NCBI GenBank assembly: GCA_002189035.1
Contig: NEEC01000007.1
Location: 3,472,001-3,536,000 of the forward strand
Length of the DNA stretch: 64,000 bases
DNA from: Utricularia gibba
Lineage: Eukaryota > Plantae > Magnoliophyta
Direction: 5' to 3'
Made by a program: the position numbers and the translations under genes. This document shows, piece by piece, positions 11,156-22,300 of the stretch (position 1 is its first letter; each line of letters starts with the position of its first letter). The notes beneath the pieces were generated by a model. That model was not told where the DNA came from, searched no databases, and saw nothing but the letters and a program-made list of their open reading frames with translations.

Positions 11156-13876
11156 TTGAAGATGATTAGATCAGAAAATGGAGGCGAATTCTACAATAAT
11201 AGCATGAGAATGTTCTGTGAAAATGAGGGAATCATGCATCAATTCACCGTACCATATTCTCCACAACAGAATGGTATATGTGAAAGGAGAAACAGAACAA
11301 TCCTTGATATGTCAAGATGCCTATTGTTTGAGAAAGGTCTTTCTATAAGTTTCTGGGCTGAAGCGGTATCTACATCTGTATATCTGTTGAACTTGCTTCC
11401 CTCAAGGGCGATTAGTGGAAAAACCGCCCATGAAAAATGGCATGGTTATATTAAAAAGGTTGATCATATCAAAATTTTTGGTAGTCTGTGTTTTACTCAT
11501 ATACCAGACCAAAAACGAGGAAAACTTGAAAAGAAATCTGTATCTGGTGTATTTGTTGGTTATAGCAACACTACCAAGGGATATAAAGTTTATCTACCTC
11601 AACAGAAGAAATTTATCCTCAGCCATGATGTCACTTTTGATGAAGGTGCAAGGTATACTTTAATTGATGATTGCATTGCTCTGAATGATGCAGAAGCTCA
11701 TAAAAGTCTTGAAAGGCATAGCACCCATGTGAAAGGAGACCTCTGGACACACATGCCTCAAAACTTCTCTTCCAGCAATTCAACAAACCAAGAAACTTCA
11801 GAACTCGTTCATGAAGATTCAAAACAAGTAAATGATCAGCATTCAGATGAGAATTTTCCAGCTCAAGAGGAGGAGAAGGTCATAAATCAAGATGGCTCGC
11901 CCAATAAGAATTCAGAATCAAACTCTGAACCCCTGTATGGACGATCTCCTCAGGCCAATGATCAACCTTCAGATGGGAATTTCGAAATCCCAGAAGAGGA
12001 GCAAGGCACGAATGTAGAAGACTCATCAACAGATGAATCTAATGGAGAGGAACCTGATACTGATGATGAAGATTATTACCCATCTAATCGTGATTGGCAA
12101 AGGAGGAAACGCAAAAACATCAGAGATTCAATAGATAATGAAGATAGTCATGTTACTGACATTAGAAGAAGCAAAAGAAACAAGGCTCCTACAATAAGTT
12201 TCTCCAAGTTGAATGATGATGTCCAAGATGCTGTGGCTGATATTTTGGCTGGATTATTGACAGGAGATCCAACATCATTTGAAGTGGCTGTACAAAATCC
12301 TAAATGGAGAGAGGCCATGAAGGAAGAAATGAATTCTATACTTGAAAATGAAACATGGGAATTAGTTGAGAAACCCAAGGATAGGGGTTTCAAACCTATT
12401 GGCCTCAAGTGGTTATTCAAAACCAAGATGAATGCAGATGGCTCTATCAACAAATATAAGGCTAGATTAGTAGCCAAGGGATATAGTCAGATCAAAGGAA
12501 TAAATTTTCATGAGATTTTTGCACCAGTAGCAAGATATGACACGATTAAAGTACTTCTTGCCATTTCAGCTACTCATGGATGGAAAGTGCATCACATGGA
12601 TGTCAAGACTGCGTTCTTGAATGGTGTGTTGGAGGAGGTTGTTTTTGTTGAACAACCAAAGGGCTTCGAAGTGTCAGGTCATGAAGACAAGGTATTGAAG
12701 CTAAAGAAATCTCTCTATGGGTTGAAGCAAGCTCCTAGAGCATGGAATGAACGCATGGATAACTTTCTCCAGGGTATTGGTTTCAGAAAAACATATAGTG
12801 ATTACTCATTATATGTTAAAGGAAAAGAAGATGATCGTTTATTTATTAGCTTATATGTGGATGATCTTATGATTACCTCAGGTAATGAAAGGAAGATTGA
12901 GGAATTCAAAGCTCTACTCAAAAATGAATTCAAGATGACTGACCTTGGAATGATGTCCTATTATCTAGGCATGGAAATTCATCAACTTGAAGGTGTTGGA
13001 ACATTCATATCTCAGAAAAAGTACTGTAATGAACTTCTTGAAAGGTTTGGGTTCAAAGATGTCAATCCTTCAAAAACGCCTTTGGATTACAAACAAGTGA
13101 TTGGAGAGAACAATCAGGGAAAGAATGTGGATGCCACTACTTATAGAAGTATGATTGGAAACCTCATTTATCTCCAGCATACAAGGCCTGACTTGTGTTT
13201 TTGTGTAAATGTCTTATCTCGCTTCCTCAACAAACCAACAACAACTCACATGGCAGTTGTGAAAAGAGCTTTCAGGTACATAAAATCTACTACTGATTTC
13301 GGATTGTTCTATCCCTATGAAGGTGAAAAACCAGTCTTGAAACTTAGAGCCTACTCAGATAGTGATTATGGTATGGCTGAAGATAGCAAGAGCACATCTG
13401 GTGCACTCTTCTTATTAAATAAGAGTCCTGTAGTCTGGTTTTCGAAGAAACAAAAAGTCGTAGCACAATCAACAGCTGAAGCAGAATACATCTCAGCAGC
13501 ACATGCTTCGAACTATTGTGTTTGGTTGAGGCAGATGCTAAACGAACTTGGATTCATACAAAAGGAAGCTACACATCTGCTTATGGATAATCGAGCTGCA
13601 ATCTCCATTGCCAAAGATCCAACGAACTTCAGCAAAGCCAAGCACATAAGAATCAGGTATCATGTCATAAGGAATTACATCAAGGAGAAGAAGATTAAAG
13701 TGCAGTATGTTGAGAGTGAGAATCAGCTTGCTGATGGGCTCACCAAAGGTTTGAACAGAGTTCAGTTTGAGCTAGCAAGGAAGAACATGAATCTCATGAC
13801 TATAGAAGACTTTCTCAAGTTGGGAGATCTCAGTCTGGGGGGGAGTGTTGGAGATCAGCCTCAATCCAAAGTTTGA
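11156..13876 (+). pseudogene. pol: Copia pol continuation: integrase C-half, reverse transcriptase, RNase H
   Basis: Same frame as the upstream ORF. Motifs: IRSENGGEF, PYSPQQNGICERRNRTI, YKARLVAKGY, DVKTAFLNG, LYGLKQAPRAW, LYVDDL, YSDSDY, STAEAEY, MDNRAAI, KHIRIRYH, QLADGLTK. The ORF runs through the PPT into the LTR. Confidence 0.95.
13836..13845 (+). promoter_or_regulatory. Copia polypurine tract
   Basis: TGGGGGGGAG immediately before the LTR start TGTTG at 13846. Confidence 0.88.
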
Positions 13877-14165
13877 AGGTGATTGGAAGCACTAATCTTG
13901 TGTCATAATGTTATATTTCAGATAAAAGGTGTTGAGTTCGAGCATGGAAGTGTTGGATTCGAGTTGTTGGGCTTTTTGTGTGTTTTCAATAATTGTGGCC
14001 CACTGTTGGGTAACCTAGGTATTGGGTATATATAAACCCTACTAGGAATGCGTGAACGAGGGTTTTGGTCATTCTTATTGTTCATGAGTCGTTTTTCATC
14101 CAAGGTGATCTCAGAATCATTACCTTTTTGTTACTTCCCAAGACTCTCTTTTTCTTGCATCAACA
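13846..14165 (+). repeat. Copia 3' LTR, complete (320 bp), with TATA-like TATATATAAA at 14027-14036
   Basis: TGTTG...CAACA inverted termini, preceded by the PPT and matched by the inverted copy at 9191-9434. Confidence 0.95.
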
Positions 14166-14504
14166 CGGCGCTTGTGCCCAATCGTGTACTACTCGACGAA
14201 AATCCTGATGCGTTTATTGAAAATAGGATTTCATGAGCACCCAAAATGGTTTTCTCAATCGCATGCTTTATATTTGAGGAGGCGCTCTATGGGGGCACCG
14301 GTATCGGGCCAGAGGTCGAGTCGCGTTCGGGTACATAGTCATTTGTAGCCCGGCAACAAAAAGTGATGCATTTATTAACATTGGGTTTTAATAAGTTGCC
14401 TACATGGTTTCTCAAGGAAAATGTCGTTGTTATTGGGCAGATGATGTCGTTGTGAACTTCGTTCTGACCCAAGGTTCGGTCTGACTCCTTTGCCACATCG
14501 GGTA

Positions 14505-16395
14505 CTACTCGACGAAAATCGTGATGCAGTTATTGAAGTTAGGATGTCAGGAGCACCCAAAATGGTTTTCTCAACCGCATGCTTTATAATTGATAAGGCG
14601 CTCTCGTGGGGCAACGGTATCGAGTAGGAGGTCGAGTCGAGCTCGGGCCCATAGTCATTTGTAGCTCGGCAAAAAACTTGATGCATTTATTAACAGTTAG
14701 TTTTAATAGGCCGCCTAAATGGTTTTCTCATGGAAAAGCTTGTCGTTTTTGGGCGGGTGATGTCGTTGTGAACTTCGTTGTGACCCAAGGTTCGGTCTGT
14801 CTCTTTTGTTAAATCTGGTCCTACTCGACGAAAATCGTGATGCAGTTATTGAAGTTAGGATGTCATGAGCACCCAAAATGGTTTTCTCAATCGCATGCTT
14901 TATATTTGAGGAGGCTCTGTAGTGGGGCAACGGTATTGGGCCAGAGGTCGAGTCGAGCTCGGTCCCAGAGTCATTTGTAGCCCGGCAAAAAAATTGATGC
15001 ATTTATTAACGTTCGGCTTTATTAGGCTGCCTACATAGTTTCTCAAGGAAAAGCATGTCGTTTTTGGGCGGGTGATATCGTTGGGAACTTCGTTCGGACC
15101 ATAGGTTCGGTCTGACTCCTTTGCCACATAGGGTCCTACTCCACGAAAATCGTGATGCAGTTATTGGAGTTAGGATATCATGAGCACCCAAAATGGTTTT
15201 CTCAACCGCATGCTTTATATTTGATAAGGCACTCTCGTGGGGCAACGGTATCGAGCAGGAGGTCGAGTCGAGCTCGGGCCCATAGTCATTTGTAGCTCGG
15301 CAAAAAACTTGATGCATTTATTAACAGTTGGTTTTAATTGGCCGCCTAAATGGTTTTCTCATGGAAAAGCTTGTCGTTTTTGGGCGGGTGATGTTGTTGT
15401 GAACTTCGTTGTGACCCAAGGTTCGGTCTGCCTCCTTTAGTAAATCTGGTCCTACTCGACGAAAATCGTGATGCAGTTATTGAAGTTAGGATGTCATGAG
15501 CACCCAAAATGGTTTTCTCAATCGCATGCTTTATATTTGAGGAGGCTCTGTAGTGGGGCAACGGTATTGGGATAGAGGTCGAGTCGAGCTCGGTCCCAGA
15601 GTCATTTGTAGCACGGCAAAAAAATTGATGCATTTATTAACGTTCGGCTTTATTAGGCTGCCTACATAGTTTCTCAAGGAAAAGCTTGTCGTTTCTGGGT
15701 GGGTGATGTCTTTTGGAACTTCGTTCTGACCATAGGTTCGGTCTGACTCCTTTGCCACATCGGGTCCTACTCAACGAAAATCGTGATGCAGTTATTGAAG
15801 TTAGGATGTCATGAGCACCCAAAAGGGTTTTCTCAACCGCATGCTTTATATTTGATAAGGCACTCTCGTGGGCAACGGTATCGAGCAGGAGGTCGAGTCG
15901 AGCTCGGGCCCATAGTCATTTGTAGCTCGGCAAAAAACTTGATGCATTTATTAACAGTTGGTTTTAATTGGCCGCCTAAATGGTTTTCTCATGGAAAAGC
16001 TTGTCGTTTTTGGGCAGGTGATGTTGTTGTGAACTTCGTTGTGACCCAAGGTTCGGTCTGCCTCCTTTAGTAAATCTGGTCCTACTCGACGAAAATCGTG
16101 ATGCAGTTATTGAAGTTAGGATGTCATGAGCACCAAAATGGTTTTCTCAATCGCATGCTTTATATTTGAGGAGGCTCTGTAGTGGGGCAACGGTATTGGG
16201 ATAGAGGTCGAGTCGAGCTCGGTCCCAGAGTCATTTGTAGCCCGGCAAAAAAATTGATGCATTTATTAACGTTCGGCTTTATTAGGCTGCCTACATAGTT
16301 TCTCAAGGAAAAGCTTGTCGTTTCTGGGTGGTGATGTCTTTTGGAACTTCGTTCTGACCATAGGTTCGGTCTGACTCCTTTGCCACATCGGGTCC
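14505..16395 (+). repeat. Edge block of three ~631-bp dimeric higher-order repeats
   Basis: Two monomer types alternate with private variants (TTAACAGTT, GGCCGCCTAAATGG, TTAGTAAATCTGG versus AATCGCATG, GGCTCTGTAGTGG, GGTATTGGG, GGTCCCAGAG). Spurious ORFs repeat at a 631-bp offset (14606/15237, 14715/15346, 14900/15531). Confidence 0.9.
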
Positions 16396-19300
16396 TACTC
16401 AACGAAAATCGTGATGCAGTTATTGAAGTTAGGATGTCATGAGCACCAAAAGGGTTTTCTCAACCGCATGCTTTATATTTGATAAGGCACTCTCGTGGGC
16501 AACGGTATCGAGCAGGAGGTCGAGTCGAGCTCGGTCCCAGAGTCATTTGTAGCCCGGCAAAAAAATTGATGCATTTATTAACGTTCGGCTTTATTAGGCT
16601 GCCTACATAGTTTCTCAAGGAAAAGCTTGTCGTTTCTGGGCGGGTGATGTCTTTTGGAACTTCGTTCTGACCATAGGTTCGGTCTGACTCCTTTGCCACA
16701 TCGGGTCCTACTCGACGAAAATCGTGATGTAGTTATTGAAGTTAGGATATCATGAGCACCCAAAATGGTTTTTCTCAACCGCATGCTTTATATTTGATAA
16801 GGCACTCTCGTGGGGCAACGGTATCGAGCAGGAGGTCGAGTCGAGCTCGGGCCCAGAGTCATTTGTAGCCCGGCAAAAAAAATTGATGCATTTATTAACG
16901 TTCGGCTTTATTAGGCTGCCTACATAGTTTTCAAGGAAAAGCTTGTCGTTTCTGCGCGGGTGATGTCGTTGGGAACTTCGTTCGGACCCAAGGTTCGTCT
17001 GACTCCTTTGCCACATCGGGTCCTACTCGACGAAAATCGTGATGCAGTTATTGAAGTTAGGATGTCATGAGCACCCAAAATGGTTTTCTCAACCGCATGC
17101 TTTATATTTGAGGAGGCGCTCTCGTGGGGCAACGGTATCGAGCAGGAGGTCGAGTCGAGCTCGGGCCCATAGTCATTTGTAGCTCGGCAAAAAAACTTGA
17201 TGCATTAATTAACGTTGGGTTTTAATAGAACACCTACATTGTTTTCTCAAGGAAAAGCTTGTCGTTTTGGCGGGTGATGTCGTTGGAACTTCGTTCTGAC
17301 CAAGGTTCGTCTGACTCCTTTGCCACATCGGGTTACTCGACGAAAATCGTGATGCAGTTATTGAAGTTAGGATTTCATGAGCACCCAAAATGGTTTTCTC
17401 AACCGCATGCTTTATATTTGATAAGGTGCGTGGGCAACGGTATCGAGCAGGAGGTCGAGTCGAGCTCGGCCCATAGTCATTTGTAGCTCGGCAAAAAACT
17501 TGATGCATTTATTAACGAATAGGCTGCCTCAATGGTTTCTCAAGGAAAAGCTTGTCGTTTTTGGGCGGGTGATGTCGTTGTGAACTTCGTTCTCGGTTCG
17601 GTCTGACTCCTTTGCCAAATCGGTCCTACTCGACGAAAATCGTGATGCAGTTATTGTTAGGATTTCATGAGCACCCAAAATGGTTTTCTCAACGCATGCT
17701 TTATATTTGATAAGGCGCTCTCGTGGGGCAACGGTATCGAGCAGGAGGTTCGAGCTCGGGCCCAGAGTCATTTGTAGCCCGGCAAAAAATTGATGCGTTG
17801 GTTTATTAGGCTGCCTACATGTTTCTCAAGGAAAAGCTTGTCGTTTCTGGCGGGTGATGTCTTTTGGAACTTCGTTCTGACCATAGGTTCGGTCTGACTC
17901 CTTTGCCACATCGGGTCCTACTCGACGAAAATCGTGATGCAGTTATTGAAGTTAGGATTCATGAGCACCCAAAATGGTTTTCTCAACCGCATGCTTTATA
18001 TTTGATAAGGCACTCTCGTGGGGCAACGGTATCGAGCAGGAGGTCGAGTCGAGCTCGGCCCAGAGTCATTTGTAGCCCGGCAAAAAAATTGATGCATTTA
18101 TTAACGTTCGGTTTATTAGGCTGCCTACATAGTTTCTCAAGGAAAAGCTTGTCGTTTCTGGGCGGGTGATGTCTTTTGGAACTTCGTTCTGACCAAGGTT
18201 CGGTCTGACTCCTTTGCCACATCGGGTCCTACTCGACGAAAATCGTGATGCAGTTATTGAAGTTAGGATTCATGAGCACCCAAAATGGTTTTCTCAACCG
18301 CATGCTTTATATTTGATAAGGCTCTCGTGGGGCAACGGTATCGAGTAGGAGTCGAGTCGAGCTCGGGCCCATAGTCATTTGTAGCTCGGCAAAAAATTGA
18401 TGCATTTATTAACGTTGGTTTTAATAGGCTGCCTAAATGGTTTTCTCAAGGAAAAGCTTGTCGTTTTTGGGCGGGTGATGTCTTTTGGAACTTCGTTCTG
18501 ACCAAGGTTCGGTCTGACTCCTTTGCCAATCGGGTCCTACTCGACGAAAATCGTGATGCAGTTATTGAAGTTAGGATTCATGAGCACCCAAAATGGTTTT
18601 CTCAACCGCATGCTTTATATTTGATAAGGCACTCTCGTGGGGCAACGGTATCGAGCAGGAGGTCGAGTCGAGCTCGGGCCCAGAGTCATTTGTAGCCCGG
18701 CAAAAAAATTGATGCATTTATTAACGTTCGGTTTATTAGGCTGCCTACATGTTTCTCAAGGAAAAGCTTGTCGTTTCTGGGCGGGTGATGTCGTTGGAAC
18801 TTCGTTCTGACCAAGGTTCGGTCTGACTCCTTTGCCACATCGGGTCCTACTCGACGAAAATCGTGATGCAGTTATTGAAGTTAGGATTCATGAGCACCCA
18901 AAATGGTTTTCTCAACCGCATGCTTTATATTTGATAAGGCACTCTCGTGGGGCAACGGTATCGAGCAGGAGGTCGAGTCGAGCTCGGCCCAGAGTCATTT
19001 GTAGCCCGGCAAAAAATTGATGCATTTATTAACGTTGGTTTTAATAGGCTGCCTACATGTTTTCTCAAGGAAAAGCTTGTCGTTTCTGGCGGGTGATGTC
19101 TTTTGGAACTTCGTTCTGACCAAGGTTCGGTCTGACTCCTTTGCCACATCGGGTCCTACTCGACGAAAATCGTGATGCAGTTATTGAAGTTAGGATTCAT
19201 GAGCACCCAAAATTTTCTCAACCGCATGCTTTATATTTGATAAGGCGCTCTCGTGGGGCAACGGTATCGCAGGAGGTCGAGTCGAGCTCGGGCCCAGAGT

Positions 19301-22300
19301 CATTTGTAGCCCGGCAAAAAATTGATGCATTTATTAACGTTGGTTTATTAGGCTGCCTACATGTTTTCTCAAGGAAAAGCTTGTCGTTTCTGGGCGGGTG
19401 ATGTCGTTTTGAACTTCGTTCTGACCCAAGGTTCGGTCTGACTCCTTTGCCACATCGGGTCCTACTCGACGAAAATCGTGATGCAGTTATTGAAGTTAGG
19501 ATTCATGAGCACCCAAAATGGTTTTCTCAACCGCATGCTTTATATTTGATAAGGCGCTCTCGTGGGGCAACGGTATCGAGCAGGAGGTCGAGTCGAGCTC
19601 GGGCCCATAGTCATTTGTAGCTCGGCAAAAAAATTGATGCATTTATTAACGTTGGTTTAATAGGCTGCCTACATGTTTTCTCAAGGAAAAGCTTGTCGTT
19701 TCTGGGCGGTGATGTCTTTTGGAACTTCGTTCTGACCAAGGTTCGGTCTGACTCCTTTGCCACATCGGGTCCTACTCGACGAAAATCGTGATGCAGTTAT
19801 TGAAGTTAGGATTCATGAGCACCCAAAATGGTTTTCTCAACCGCATGCTTTATATTTGATAAGGCACTCTCGTGGGGCAACGGTATCGAGCAGGAGGTCG
19901 AGTCGAGCTCGGGCCATAGTCATTTGTAGCTCGGCAAAAAATTGATGCATTTATTAACGTTTGGTTTTAATAGGCTGCCTACATGTTTTCTCAAGGAAAA
20001 GCTTGTCGTTTTGGGCGGGTGATGTCGTTTGAACTTCGTTCTGACCAAGGTTCGGTCTGACTCCTTTGCCACATCGGGTCCTACTCGACGAAAATCGTGA
20101 TGCAGTTATTGAAGTTAGGATTCATGAGCACCCAAAATGGTTTTCTCAACCGCATGCTTTATATTTGATAAGGCGCTCTCGTGGGGCAACGGTATCGAGC
20201 AGGAGGTCGAGTCGAGCTCGGGCCCAGAGTCATTTGTAGCCCGGCAAAAAAATTGATGCATTTATTAACGTTGGTTTAATAGGCTGCCTACATGTTTCTC
20301 AAGGAAAAGCTTGTCGTTTTGGGCGGGTGATGTCTTTTGGAACTTCGTTCTGACCAAGGTTCGGTCTGACTCCTTTGCCACATCGGTCCTACTCGACGAA
20401 AATCGTGATGCAGTTATTGAAGTTAGGATTCATGAGCACCCAAAATGGTTTTCAACCGCATGCTTTATATTTGATAAGGCGCTCTCGTGGGGCAACGGTA
20501 TCGAGCAGGAGGTCGAGTCGAGCTCGGCCCAGAGTCATTTGTAGCCCGGCAAAAAAATTGATGCATTTATTAACGTTGGTTTATTAGGCTGCCTACATGT
20601 TTTCTCAAGGAAAAGCTTGTCGTTTCTGGGCGGGTGATGTCTTTTGGAACTTCGTTCTGACCAAGGTTCGGTCTGACTCCTTTGCCACATCGGGTCCTAC
20701 TCGACGAAAATCGTGATGCAGTTATTGAAGTTAGGATTCATGAGCACCCAAAATGGTTTTCTCAACCGCATGCTTTATATTTGATAAGGCTCTCGTGGGG
20801 CAACGGTATCGAGTAGGAGGTCGAGTCGAGCTCGGGCCCATAGTCATTTGTAGCTCGGCAAAAAACTTGATGCATTTATTAACGTTGGTTTTAATAGGCT
20901 GCCTACATGGTTTTCTCAAGGAAAAGCTTGTCGTTTTGGGGCGGGTGATGTCGTTGTGAACTTCGTTCTGACCCAAGGTTCGGTCTGACTCCTTTGCCAT
21001 CGGGTCCTACTCGACGAAAATCGTGATGCAGTTATTGAAGTTAGGATTCATGAGCACCCAAAATGGTTTTCTCAACCGCATGCTTTATATTTGATAAGGC
21101 ACTCTCGTGGGGCAACGGTATCGAGCAGGAGGTCGAGTCGAGCTCGGGCCCAGAGTCATTTGTAGCCCGGCAAAAAAATTGATGCATTTATTAACGTTGG
21201 TTTATAGGCTGCCTACATAGTTTTCTCAAGGAAAAGCTTGTCGTTTTGGGCGGGTGATGTCTTTTGGAACTTCGTTCTGACCAAGGTTCGGTCTGACTCC
21301 TTTGCCACATCGGGTCCTACTCGACGAAAATCGTGATGCAGTTATTGAAGTTAGGATTCATGAGCACCCAAAATGTTTTCTCAACCGCATGCTTTATATT
21401 TGATAGGCGCTCTGGGGCAACGGTATCGAGCAGGAGGTCGAGTCGAGCTCGGCCCAGAGTCATTTGTAGCCGGCAAAAAAATTGATGCATTTATTAACGT
21501 TGGTTTAATAGGCGGTTTTCTCAAGGAAAAGCTTGTCGTTTCTGGCGGGTGATGTCTTTGGAACTTCGTTCTGACCAAGGTTCGGTCTGACTCCTTTGCC
21601 ACATCGGGTCCTACTCGACGAAAATCGTGATGCAGTTATTGAAGTTAGGATTTCATGAGCACCCAAAATGGTTTTCTCAACCGCATGCTTTATATTTGAT
21701 AAGGCGCTCTCGTGGGGCAACGGTATCGAGCAGGAGGTCGAGTCGAGCTCGGGCCCAGAGTCATTTGTAGCCCGGCAAAAAAATTGATGCATTTATTAAC
21801 GTTGGTTTTATTAGGCTGCCTACATGTTTCTCAAGGAAAAGCTTGTCGTTTCTGGGCGGGTGATGTCGGAACTTCGTTCTGACCCAAGGTTCGGTCTGAC
21901 TCCTTTGCCATCGGGTCCTACTCGACGAAAATCGTGATGCAGTTATTGAAGTTAGGATTCATGAGCACCCAAAATGGTTTTCAACCGCATGCTTTATATT
22001 TGATAAGGCGCTCTCGTGGGGCAACGGTATCGAGCAGGAGGTCGAGTCGAGCTCGGGCCCATAGTCATTTGTAGCTCGGCAAAAAAATTGATGCATTTAT
22101 TAACGTTGGTTTTAATAGGCTGCCTACATGTTTTCTCAAGGAAAAGCTTGTCGTTTTGGGCGGGTGATGTCTTTTGGAACTTCGTTCTGACCAAGGTTCG
22201 GTCTGACTCCTTTGCCACATCGGGTCCTACTCGACGAAAATCGTGATGCAGTTATTGAAGTTAGGATTCATGAGCACCCAAAATGGTTTTCTCAACCGCA

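Larger units (their letters stand above)
9100..14165 (+). mobile_element. Ty1/copia LTR retrotransposon with rearranged (inverted) 5' end
   Basis: Order gag-PR-INT-RT-RH on the plus strand, then PPT and a 320-bp 3' LTR. A matching LTR fragment, PBS and 82-bp leader lie on the minus strand at 9100-9434. Confidence 0.93.

Noticed and set aside
9191-14165. Inverted terminal repeats suggesting a DNA transposon or TIR element
   Set aside because: The repeats are copia LTR sequence with PBS, PPT and TG/CA ends. There is no transposase and no TSD around the pair.
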